From Psychrobacter cryohalolentis K5 (GTDB lineage: Bacteria > Pseudomonadota > Gammaproteobacteria > Pseudomonadales > Moraxellaceae): a stretch of DNA of 32,000 bases. The stretch spans positions 1,440,001 to 1,472,000 of the forward strand of contig NC_007969.1 in NCBI RefSeq assembly GCF_000013905.1, in the 5' to 3' direction. Below the pieces are notes generated by a model. The model worked only from the letters and a program-made list of their open reading frames with translations. It was not told the DNA's origin and ran no database searches. The position numbers and the translations under genes were made by a program. Shown here in pieces: positions 8,890 to 16,796 of this stretch (positions are counted from its first letter, which is position 1; every line of letters starts with the position of its first letter).

Positions 8890-9604
8890 AATAAGTTACC
8901 AAAAAATAAAAGGGATTCAGAAAAACCGCATAGCAAAGACTACTGCGCCCATATAAAATTATAACGGGCAACAATAGATAATAAGTATCGATCATCGATA
9001 AATTTAGTGCATTGTCTATGAAAATGTTTAAACGTGTTCGTTCGAGTGACGGGTGAATAATAGCTGTTGTTTATTATTAAATTCCGTTATGATGCTCGGC
9101 ATCAACGCTTATGTAACATCCTGTAAGTTAGCTGTCGCTATAGAATACACGGTATGAGCAGCCAAAGCGTTGAATTTAGTAAAGCATATCTTAGTCAATA
9201 CAGCTAGCAAAATGTGGTAATACTCTAAAATAATACCTATTATTATGATATTTCCAAACAGCTGATTGGAGATAGAAAAATAGTGTAGAAAAACATAGAA
9301 GTAAAAAGGATGTTCTTGCGATATATTAAGATTAAGCAAGAGAGACAGTGTGTTAAAAATATCAAAAATAGCTCTGTATCCATACAAGAATCCGTAGTTA
9401 GTAATAGCTAGATTTCATTATTTTTCCATTAACTTTTTATTGTATAGATAGCTATCTCATATAATAGCCACTATTTATAACAGCACTTATAGTAAATAGC
9501 GTTATTTGTTATCTCGTTATTTATTCGAGCTATTATTAGCCTGTATCGTTAATGAGTCATTACCAGTCTGTTATTATTAGCTTAAGCCTATAGGACAATC
9601 GCGC

Positions 9605-11038
9605 ATGATAACCCCTCCAAAAAACTCGTCTCAATCGACGCCGCATAGTCAGAAAGAACCATCAACGCCAAATGCATTAGAAGCAGCAGGTATTGATGTT
9701 GCAACTGGCTCGGCGACAATGAACTTACCGCACAACCCAGACTTTGATAATGGTCGCTGGTTTCCAACATGGCGTCCATATGGCGGTGATTTGGATCGGG
9801 ATCCGGTTGGCATTAATGAGTATTTACCGCCCTCAAAAAGCATGCTACTGGGTATACAGCATACCTTTGCGATGTTTGGGGCGACAGTGCTTGCGCCATT
9901 ATTAATGGGCTTTGATCCAAACTTAGCGATTTTGATGTCTGGTATTTGTACGGTGATGTTTTTTGTGATTACCGGTGGACGTATGCCAAGTTATTTGGGT
10001 TCGAGTTTTGCTTTTATTGGTCCCGTGATTGCCGTGACGGCATATGCTGGCGTAGGGTTTAATTCCAATCTGAATGTTGCATTGGGCGGCATTATGGCCT
10101 GCGGTATTATTTATGCATTGATAGGTCTGCTGGTCATGAAGACGGGTACAGGCTGGATTGAGCGCTTAATGCCACCGATTGTTACCGGTGCGATTGTAAT
10201 GATTATTGGTCTTAATTTAGCGCCTGTGACCATTCAAGGGGTGTCTGTCAACCAATTTGATGCATGGATGGCGACGTTAACGGTATTGCTTATCAGTGGG
10301 GTAGCGGTATTTACCCGCGGCATGCTACGTCGTTTGCTGTTATTAGTTGGCTTAATATTGTCTTATATTGCTTATTTTGTGATGACCAATGTATTGGGCT
10401 ATGGCGTGCCGATTGATTTTAGTAGTGTGTCGACGGCTTCATGGTTTGGTCTGCCAAGTATTCATGCGCCGCGTTTTGAGATGAGCGCCATTATATTAAT
10501 TGCCCCTGTCGCCTTTATTTTAGTTGCTGAAAATTTGGGACATTTTAAAGCGGTAGAAGGCATGACTAAAGCGCGAGTAACGCCTTATATGGGGCGCGCC
10601 TTCTTTGCTGATGGCTTAGCGACGACTTTTTCGGCAGGTTTTGGTGGTACGGGTGTGACGACTTATGCAGAAAATATCGGCGTGATGGCGGTCACCAAAG
10701 TATATAGTACGACTATTTTTGTCGTAGCAGGTTTGGTTGCTATCATGCTGGGCTTGTCACCGAAATTTGGTGCGATTATTCAAACCATTCCGCCCGCATT
10801 ATTGGGCGGTGCTTCTATCGTAGTTTTTGGTTTGATTGCCATCGCTGGTGCGAAAATTTGGATAGACAACCATATCGACTTTAGTAAAAACAGCAATCTT
10901 ATCATCGCAGCAGTCACTGTGATCATGGGAACCGGTAACTTTAGCTTGCATCTAGGCGGCTTTGATTTGGGTGGCATCGGTACGGCTACCTTAACAGCAA
11001 TTGTGCTTAACGCTCTATTTAATCGCCAAAAAGACTAA
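9605..11038 (+). CDS. NCS2 family nucleobase:cation symporter (uracil/pyrimidine permease, RutG-like)
   Basis: 477-aa polytopic ORF. Blocks GIQHTFAMFGATVLAPLLMGFDPN, ITGGRMPSYLGSSFAF, LVAENLGH and TTYAENIGVMAVTKVYS match NCS2 permeases and, from memory, E. coli RutG closely. AGGA lies 9 nt before ATG 9605. An internal ATG at 9719 is an alternative start without an RBS. Confidence 0.88.
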   Translation: MITPPKNSSQSTPHSQKEPSTPNALEAAGIDVATGSATMNLPHNPDFDNGRWFPTWRPYGGDLDRDPVGINEYLPPSKSMLLGIQHTFAMFGATVLAPLLMGFDPNLAILMSGICTVMFFVITGGRMPSYLGSSFAFIGPVIAVTAYAGVGFNSNLNVALGGIMACGIIYALIGLLVMKTGTGWIERLMPPIVTGAIVMIIGLNLAPVTIQGVSVNQFDAWMATLTVLLISGVAVFTRGMLRRLLLLVGLILSYIAYFVMTNVLGYGVPIDFSSVSTASWFGLPSIHAPRFEMSAIILIAPVAFILVAENLGHFKAVEGMTKARVTPYMGRAFFADGLATTFSAGFGGTGVTTYAENIGVMAVTKVYSTTIFVVAGLVAIMLGLSPKFGAIIQTIPPALLGGASIVVFGLIAIAGAKIWIDNHIDFSKNSNLIIAAVTVIMGTGNFSLHLGGFDLGGIGTATLTAIVLNALFNRQKD

Positions 11039-11084
11039 CTTTTTTACTATCTTAAGCTTCAAATAACTCACTATATTGATAAGC

Positions 11085-11115
11085 AAAAGCCACAATAATC
11101 ATTGTGGCTTTTATC
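11085..11115 (+). terminator. Rho-independent terminator after the permease gene
   Basis: Stem AAAGCCACAAT / ATTGTGGCTTT (11086..11096 with 11101..11111), then a T-rich tail TTTATCTATT. Confidence 0.65.
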
Positions 11116-11158
11116 TATTAAGGCGCTTGTTTATGATCGTTTTTATTCTATACGAGCT

Positions 11159-12091
11159 TTACTTATAATCACGCTTATAAAACCGTGCAAAAAACCGATA
11201 ACGGCGTAGGGCGCGTGGTTTAGGCTTTAGCGAACCCAAATAAATGGCAAACATCGTGAGTAACGCACCGCTCCATTGTAGGGTATTGATGGGCTTATCA
11301 AGCCAAGTATAATCAATTACCAATGCCGCAACCGGCTCGGTCAATAATAGCAATCCAGTTAATGCTAAAGACAGCTTGGGAATAGAGTAGGCGATAAGCC
11401 CCCATGCTAGGCACTGCATGACCGTACCATAAATCAATATCCAGCCAATATCAGACCAGCTATTAGGCAGTATATTACCCATATCAAAGACAAACATTGG
11501 CACAATCATTGCCAGTCCGCCCCCAATACTAATCAGCTGCATAAGCATGAATATCGGCGTCGGCTCAGTATCATGGGTCTTACGTATAAAGGTCATTGAG
11601 GCTGCGAGCATAGCCCCTGACACGATACCAGTAATAAATCCCCAAGTAGCGGCCTTATTCTGGGCAAATTCTGGGCTACCGATCATTGCCACACCCAACA
11701 TTGCCAAGACCAAGCTGACAAGCTGTAATATAGATTGGCGCTCATTAAAATATAAAAAGCCAATGGCTGCCAAAAAGAAAATCTGTAAGCTGTTTAGTAA
11801 GGTTGAAATGCCGGGACCCACCGCATAGATACTCTCGTGCCACAGTGCCAAATCCAAACCTAAAAATGCACCCGATAATAAGCCATAAAAAACAGCACGT
11901 TTTGAGCGCGGTAGCCGTTGCCCTGTCATTTTTGCTAATACCGCAAACACCACGCCTGAAATAGCCAAGCGCCAAAAAGCCATTGCCCAGCCACCGATGT
12001 CAACATGAGCGACGATTAAACTGCCCAAACCAAAGATCACACAGCCAATGAGCAAGCCAGTAGCAGCGGAGCGTGAAGAGGCAATAGCCAT
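11159..12091 (-). CDS. EamA/DMT family transporter
   Basis: 310-aa ORF with about 10 hydrophobic segments in two EamA-like halves. AAGGA RBS 6 nt upstream of the ATG. Confidence 0.8.
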   Translation of the reverse strand: MAIASSRSAATGLLIGCVIFGLGSLIVAHVDIGGWAMAFWRLAISGVVFAVLAKMTGQRLPRSKRAVFYGLLSGAFLGLDLALWHESIYAVGPGISTLLNSLQIFFLAAIGFLYFNERQSILQLVSLVLAMLGVAMIGSPEFAQNKAATWGFITGIVSGAMLAASMTFIRKTHDTEPTPIFMLMQLISIGGGLAMIVPMFVFDMGNILPNSWSDIGWILIYGTVMQCLAWGLIAYSIPKLSLALTGLLLLTEPVAALVIDYTWLDKPINTLQWSGALLTMFAIYLGSLKPKPRALRRYRFFARFYKRDYK

Positions 12092-12458
12092 ATATTATCC
12101 TTATATCATGACAACTTTTATTTCAATTATTGCGTACTAAAGACATCATCTTTACCACAAGCCGTATTGTCGATGTTTTGAGCTAAAATTGAAATGGTTT
12201 GATATTATTTATTTTTATTTTATAGTGGTATTTTATGACTTTAGAGAATATGAACTTTCTAAGGTTTCATCTAAAGTATAAAGACAAGCTACTGCCAATT
12301 AATATCCTTACAGGAATATCATTGGCGTTCTTACTGCGATTTGTTACCCTCATTTCTACTTTTATATTGTAATATCATCAGCTTAAAAAACTAATACCCT
12401 TAAAATATCTCATTTAAATTGCCTTAACCGCCATCATTACTTTAGCTTAGGTTTGCTT

Positions 12459-13616
12459 ATGCTCCAACGTACCTTATCAAAACGATCACTGTTATTAACG
12501 ACATCTGAAAATCAGTCAGCCCTAATAAAGTGCTGTGCTCTGACAATTGGTATGTTAACAACCGCGTTATTTGTCATACCAAGCGCGCAAGCTGCCAGCT
12601 GTAAAATCCCTAAGAGTTATTATAAGAACGTCTCTTGTACGGCGAGTAGTGGTTATTTCTTAGCGGTGAAAGACTTTGGCGCACCAGTCGCCCTTATCGA
12701 TAAGCAAGGTAAAAGCCTTGTTGATTTAACGCGCTATCAAAAAGTGGATGCAGATAAAATATCAGCAGGTCTATTGCCTGTCATGCGTAATAGTCATGTC
12801 GGTTATCTGAATATGCAAGGTCGTGAAGTGATTCCTGTGATGTACGATGTGCTAAATGACGGTCAAGGTTGGGCGCGTCCGGTATCTGAAGGGCGTATCG
12901 TGGTCAAGCAGGGCGGTCACTATGGCGTCATCGATACGGCAAATAGGACTATTGTCCCATTTTCAGCAGCGATTAGTGATATTGATGACTACCGAGGCGG
13001 TATGGCTCGTGTACGTAAAAACAAAGCGATAAGCTGGCTTGATAAAGAGGGCAATATTAAGAACGCCAATACTCAAAGCACTAATACTCAAAATGCCGGT
13101 GTCAAAAAAGATAGTAGTAAAAGTAATGACGGTAAGAGTGCCAAAAACAGCCGTGTAAATGACCGAACCGCTGCCAGTAAATCAGAAGTTAAACCGAGTG
13201 CTCGCGCAAATAGCACACAGAAAAATTCAGCCTCCATACCAATTAATCGCTTTACCACGCTGCAGCCGCGTCAACAAGACGGTAGATGGGGATTTGTTGA
13301 TGACAATAATGTCACTATGATTACGTATTCTTTCGACGAAGTACGTCCATTCTCGGAAGGGCTAGCGGGCGTGCGCATTGATGCAGAGTGGGGCTTTATC
13401 AATCTTGGCGGCGAGCTTGTGATTCCTTTTAACTTTAAGGATTTTGACGGCTCTAATAACTTTAATGATTCCAATAATAAGAGCCTCAGTCTTGATAGCC
13501 GCTATAAGGACAAACCTTCTTTTGTGTTTGTAGCGGATAAGGCTTGGATTGGCAGGTTAGAGAACGGCACTAAGATGTGTATTGACAAAGAAGGCGCGGC
13601 TGTCGCCTGTGATTAA
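12459..13616 (+). CDS. secreted WG-repeat-containing protein
   Basis: Signal peptide ...LTTALFVIPSAQA|AS. Repeated modules include GYLNMQGREVIPVMYD, YGVIDTANRTIVPF, WGFVDDNNVTMITYSFDEV and WGFINLGGELVIPFNF (WG/KWG repeat pattern). The track start at 12453 is TTG; the first ATG is at 12459. Confidence 0.75.
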   Translation: MLQRTLSKRSLLLTTSENQSALIKCCALTIGMLTTALFVIPSAQAASCKIPKSYYKNVSCTASSGYFLAVKDFGAPVALIDKQGKSLVDLTRYQKVDADKISAGLLPVMRNSHVGYLNMQGREVIPVMYDVLNDGQGWARPVSEGRIVVKQGGHYGVIDTANRTIVPFSAAISDIDDYRGGMARVRKNKAISWLDKEGNIKNANTQSTNTQNAGVKKDSSKSNDGKSAKNSRVNDRTAASKSEVKPSARANSTQKNSASIPINRFTTLQPRQQDGRWGFVDDNNVTMITYSFDEVRPFSEGLAGVRIDAEWGFINLGGELVIPFNFKDFDGSNNFNDSNNKSLSLDSRYKDKPSFVFVADKAWIGRLENGTKMCIDKEGAAVACD

Positions 13617-13643
13617 ATCCTAACAGCATATTTTATTTTGACC

Positions 13644-13690
13644 AAAAAAAGAGCCTATAGCGATTCATGATTGCTATAGGCTCTTTTTTG
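13644..13690. terminator. bidirectional Rho-independent terminator between the WG-repeat and hydrolase genes
   Basis: Stem GAGCCTATAGC / GCTATAGGCTC (13651..13661 with 13673..13683), with A7 on the left and T6 on the right. Confidence 0.85.
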
Positions 13691-13724
13691 TAGCCGGAAA
13701 ATTTCACAAGCTAACTCATTAAAA

Positions 13725-14762
13725 CTATTTTTCTAATAAGTGATTGCTAATTAAATCAACCATATACGGCTGATAGTACTCAGGAATATCGTGCGCCATG
13801 CCTTCAATCAAATGAAATTTGGCATTAGGGATGGTTTTGGCAACCACGCGACCTTGTGAGGCAGGAATTAAGCCATCAGCGCTGCCATGTAATACGATAG
13901 TAGGGGCTTTGACTTGTTTGCTAAATCGACTGATAGAACCTGATGCCAAGATAGCATTGAGCTGTTGCACCGTACCGAGCGGATGAAAGTTACGCTGATA
14001 CCGTATCTTGGCAATATCACGTACCATGCGGACATTTACATGCCCTGGCGTGCCAACAGTCTTCATAAACCAAACGCTATGGCGCACGATATCACGCTCA
14101 GAGTGACTCTCAGGGCGATTAATCAGCGTATATAGCTGTCTAGGCTTTGGTGGTTTTAAAAAGGCACGGTTGGTGGTGGTAAACATCAATGCCATCCGCT
14201 GTACTAGGCTTGGATAACGTGCCGCTACGATTTGGGCAATCATGCCACCCATAGAAGCACCCAGCAAATGTGTTTTGCCAAGCTGCAAAGCCTTGATTAA
14301 ACGCGCCGTATCTTCTGCCATGTCGGTTAAATTGTAGGCAACCTGTGCACCTTTATTAGACAGTCCCGTTTGCAGGCGCATCATCATTTTAAGTTGACTA
14401 ATACGCGGTAGACCATCGATTTGTACTTTAGAAGACAAACCGATATCACGATTGTCAAAACGAATCACAAAAAAACCAGCATCAATAAGGCGTTTAATAA
14501 AATGATTTGGCCAAAATATCATTTGCGAGCCAAGTCCCATAATCATAAGCAGTGGCGGATGATTAGGATTACCACCAGCTTCAACACACAGCTCAATACC
14601 GTCGCCGATATCTATCATGGCTTGATAAAGATGCTCACTGAGGTCTGATGCGTCCCACAGGTGCTCACCAAATTTTTGCCATTCAGGCGTCGGGTAACTC
14701 GAGCTACTATCTGATGAATCAGGCAACTTAGCAGCATTATCAATGTTATTTTTTTCTGTCAT
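13725..14762 (-). CDS. alpha/beta fold hydrolase (esterase-like)
   Basis: 345-aa ORF with the nucleophile elbow LLGASMGGMIAQ (G-x-S-x-G), an HPPLLMIMGLG oxyanion region and a C-terminal GMAHD (catalytic His). Confidence 0.85.
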   Translation of the reverse strand: MTEKNNIDNAAKLPDSSDSSSSYPTPEWQKFGEHLWDASDLSEHLYQAMIDIGDGIELCVEAGGNPNHPPLLMIMGLGSQMIFWPNHFIKRLIDAGFFVIRFDNRDIGLSSKVQIDGLPRISQLKMMMRLQTGLSNKGAQVAYNLTDMAEDTARLIKALQLGKTHLLGASMGGMIAQIVAARYPSLVQRMALMFTTTNRAFLKPPKPRQLYTLINRPESHSERDIVRHSVWFMKTVGTPGHVNVRMVRDIAKIRYQRNFHPLGTVQQLNAILASGSISRFSKQVKAPTIVLHGSADGLIPASQGRVVAKTIPNAKFHLIEGMAHDIPEYYQPYMVDLISNHLLEK

Positions 14763-14790
14763 GAACGGTCCTATCTAAAAGGTCATTGGC

Positions 14791-14955
14791 TTAAAGTTCT
14801 AGCATCTCAAAATCAAGCTTGCCAACGCCGCATTCTGGGCATGTCCAATCATCAGGGATATCATCCCATTTAGTGCCCGGTGCGATACCTTCTTCAGGGC
14901 AGCCCAGTGCTTCATCATATATCCAGCCGCAGACAATACATTCATAACGTTTCAT
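14791..14955 (-). CDS. rubA: rubredoxin (54 aa)
   Basis: Not in the ORF track (under 60 aa). Minus-strand translation: [54 protein letters not shown]. It has both CxxCG knuckles (CIVCG, CPECG) and the conserved WxCPxCG context. AGGAC RBS 5 nt upstream. The stop lies 28 nt before the hydrolase start. Confidence 0.93.
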   Translation of the reverse strand: MKRYECIVCGWIYDEALGCPEEGIAPGTKWDDIPDDWTCPECGVGKLDFEMLEL

Positions 14956-15115
14956 AAAGAGTCCTATCGATTATTACTAGTGTTACTATACGTTTTTAAG
15001 GTGACATTGATGGCACATCAAGAATGATTACCGTCAATATTTAGACTGTAAAAACGCAGCTAGTTTAGCATATAACCGTTGTTTTCATAGTTAAGTTTAC
15101 ACTTGTATATTGAGA

Positions 15116-15133
15116 TTGATAAACGTTTATCAA
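15116..15133. promoter_or_regulatory. perfect 18-bp palindrome TTGATAAACGTTTATCAA (candidate operator)
   Basis: Read directly. It is exactly 161 bp from both divergent start codons (rubredoxin 14955, apt 15294). The central AAACGTTT resembles LacI/PurR-type half-site cores. Confidence 0.35.
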
Positions 15134-15205
15134 GTCACTATGCCTGATTTTATTGACTTAATAAGTGGTGTTTTCCCTATTGCCGCGCAATATTAAAGGC
15201 AATTA

Positions 15206-15214
15206 TGCTATAAT
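15206..15214 (+). promoter_or_regulatory. extended -10 element TGCTATAAT (candidate apt promoter)
   Basis: TGnTATAAT match 80 nt upstream of the apt ATG. No good -35, which is consistent with an extended -10 promoter. Confidence 0.4.
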
Positions 15215-15293
15215 AACCGCCGTTAATTTTCTGATACATAGATTATTTGCTATTGTTACATCATTATCTAAGTTATAGACGTTAAGGGTTATT

Positions 15294-15863
15294 ATGAGCG
15301 CAAACACCGCTGTTACAGCAGTTGATACCGCAATCGAGTCATCGAATACGCTCAATACCGATCATCCATTTTGGAACATCATTCGCACAGTACCAGACTT
15401 CCCTAAAGTCGGTATTGATTTTTATGATATTACACCGTTACTATGCAGTCACATTAATGAAGTCATTGATGCACTGCTGGCTGTCCTACCTGAAGGCATA
15501 ATGGATGAGGTGGATTGTTTGGGTGCTGTTGAAGCCCGTGGATTCGTGTTTGCAAGTTTGCTGGCAGGACGTCTGGGTAAAGGCATGATTCTGCTACGTA
15601 AACCCGGCAAGTTACCACCGCCTGTTGCCAATAAAGCTTACGCGTTAGAGTACGGTAAAGATACCCTTGAGATGCAGAACAATCTGCCACCAGAGCGCGT
15701 GCTATTGATTGATGATATCTTGGCAACGGGCGGCACATTGACCACCGCTTATGAGCTATGTCAATCAGCCGATCATACGGTCGTTGGTGCATTAGTCTTA
15801 TTAGATTTGGTGGATTTACATGGCGATTTTCCAGTGCCTGTTTATACGGTATTGAAGGCGTAA
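15294..15863 (+). CDS. apt: adenine phosphoribosyltransferase
   Basis: 189-aa ORF with DFPKVGIDFYDITPLL, EARGF and the PRPP-binding loop VLLIDDILATGGT. AAGGG RBS upstream. Confidence 0.92.
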   Translation: MSANTAVTAVDTAIESSNTLNTDHPFWNIIRTVPDFPKVGIDFYDITPLLCSHINEVIDALLAVLPEGIMDEVDCLGAVEARGFVFASLLAGRLGKGMILLRKPGKLPPPVANKAYALEYGKDTLEMQNNLPPERVLLIDDILATGGTLTTAYELCQSADHTVVGALVLLDLVDLHGDFPVPVYTVLKA

Positions 15864-16084
15864 ATGAGTGGCGGTTTTACTTACAGTGGGTAAAAATAAA
15901 AAGTAATATCGATACATTATGTACTGCTGGTATTAATTTTTCTTGCTTGCTGTGCCTACGCAGACAGAGGCTGCAAAAAATTTATACCAGCAGTATCGTA
16001 GCGTTTTTAGGGTACCTTAATTATAAGTAAAATGCGATAAAAGCCAGTTTTCTATGGCTTTGAGATGATACAACTAAGCATCAT

Positions 16085-16122
16085 TAAAAAAGCGCGCTGA
16101 ACCTATTCAGCGCGCTTTTTTA
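16085..16122. terminator. bidirectional Rho-independent terminator (apt side and exported-protein side)
   Basis: GC-rich stem AGCGCGCTGA / TCAGCGCGCT (16091..16100 with 16107..16116), flanked by A6 and T6. Confidence 0.85.
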
Positions 16123-16158
16123 ATCAGGGTTTTTTAGACTGCTTGTATGTTACGTGTG

Positions 16159-16611
16159 CTATTTGGCTTGCTCGTAATTTTTACAAGCTTGCTCGACTAG
16201 TATACGACTGACAGTTTTTGGGGCAGTAATTTTAAAATCTTTGGTAGTCAGGAGAGGTTTTTCTGATTGCCAAGACTTTATTACTTTGTCGTCAGCGGTA
16301 TAATAAACGTATGCCCGTCTGTAATAGCTGGCGTCCTTACAAGAGATAAGCCATTGCTGGTCGCTATGATGAATACCGCTTTCTTTACTATCACTCGTTG
16401 CACTTTTTAATGCAGGGTAGGTTCTACGAATGGAGACGGTAATATTTTCGACCCGCTTTTCATCAAGGATATTGATGTCAGAGCGTTCGATAGAATCCAA
16501 ATCTAAGCTAAAAATGGAACCGGTCTGACTTTCTGTTACTTTCGACCAGTTTACTGCATGAGCACCAATCGCAAGCGTACTGCTTGCTAATATCACTGCT
16601 AGCCGTTTCAT
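16159..16611 (-). CDS. exported hypothetical protein (possibly surface-adhesin-E-like)
   Basis: 150-aa ORF with signal peptide MKRLAVILASSTLAIGAHA and an AAGG RBS. The pattern NW..V......F.LD.DSI ... ISC.......R.....Y resembles the Adhesin_E domain as I remember it. This is not verified. Confidence 0.6.
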   Translation of the reverse strand: MKRLAVILASSTLAIGAHAVNWSKVTESQTGSIFSLDLDSIERSDINILDEKRVENITVSIRRTYPALKSATSDSKESGIHHSDQQWLISCKDASYYRRAYVYYTADDKVIKSWQSEKPLLTTKDFKITAPKTVSRILVEQACKNYEQAK

Positions 16612-16796
16612 AATTAAGCCTTGCTTGTAGTCATTTTAGGTCGCTCATAATAGCCAACTTACTATGAGCAGGCAAATTTCTTTTATTACCTGCTGCGTAT
16701 ACCTATGTAATATTTCCACTGTTTTATAGTACTTTAGTAAGTAACTCTCAAGCCAGATAGGTTTGGTTATACACTCATATTAATCATATACATAGC

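Noticed and set aside
9109-9387. 92-aa minus-strand ORF in the sdaA-permease spacer.
   Set aside because: TTG start, no Shine-Dalgarno sequence, and an I/L/F/Y/N-rich composition expected from translating AT-rich non-coding DNA. No motif recognised.
8890-9604. Possible purine or other nucleobase riboswitch upstream of the NCS2 permease.
   Set aside because: I could not find the conserved purine-riboswitch core (the UAUAAU...UUUCUACC...CCGUAAA-type junction strings) or any other riboswitch signature I recognise. A cmscan would be decisive.
15758-16030. 90-aa plus-strand ORF overlapping the 3' end of apt.
   Set aside because: It overlaps apt by 106 nt in another frame, is Cys/Arg/Leu-rich and noise-like, and has no RBS. 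The region is better explained as structured non-coding RNA (see findings).
16612-16796. Hairpins AGCAGG/CCTGCT and CTCATA/TATGAG downstream of tal, considered as a tal terminator.
   Set aside because: The stems are short (6 bp) with long loops, and no T-run follows on the minus strand. tal may read through into the exported-protein gene or use Rho-dependent termination. This is not supportable as a feature.
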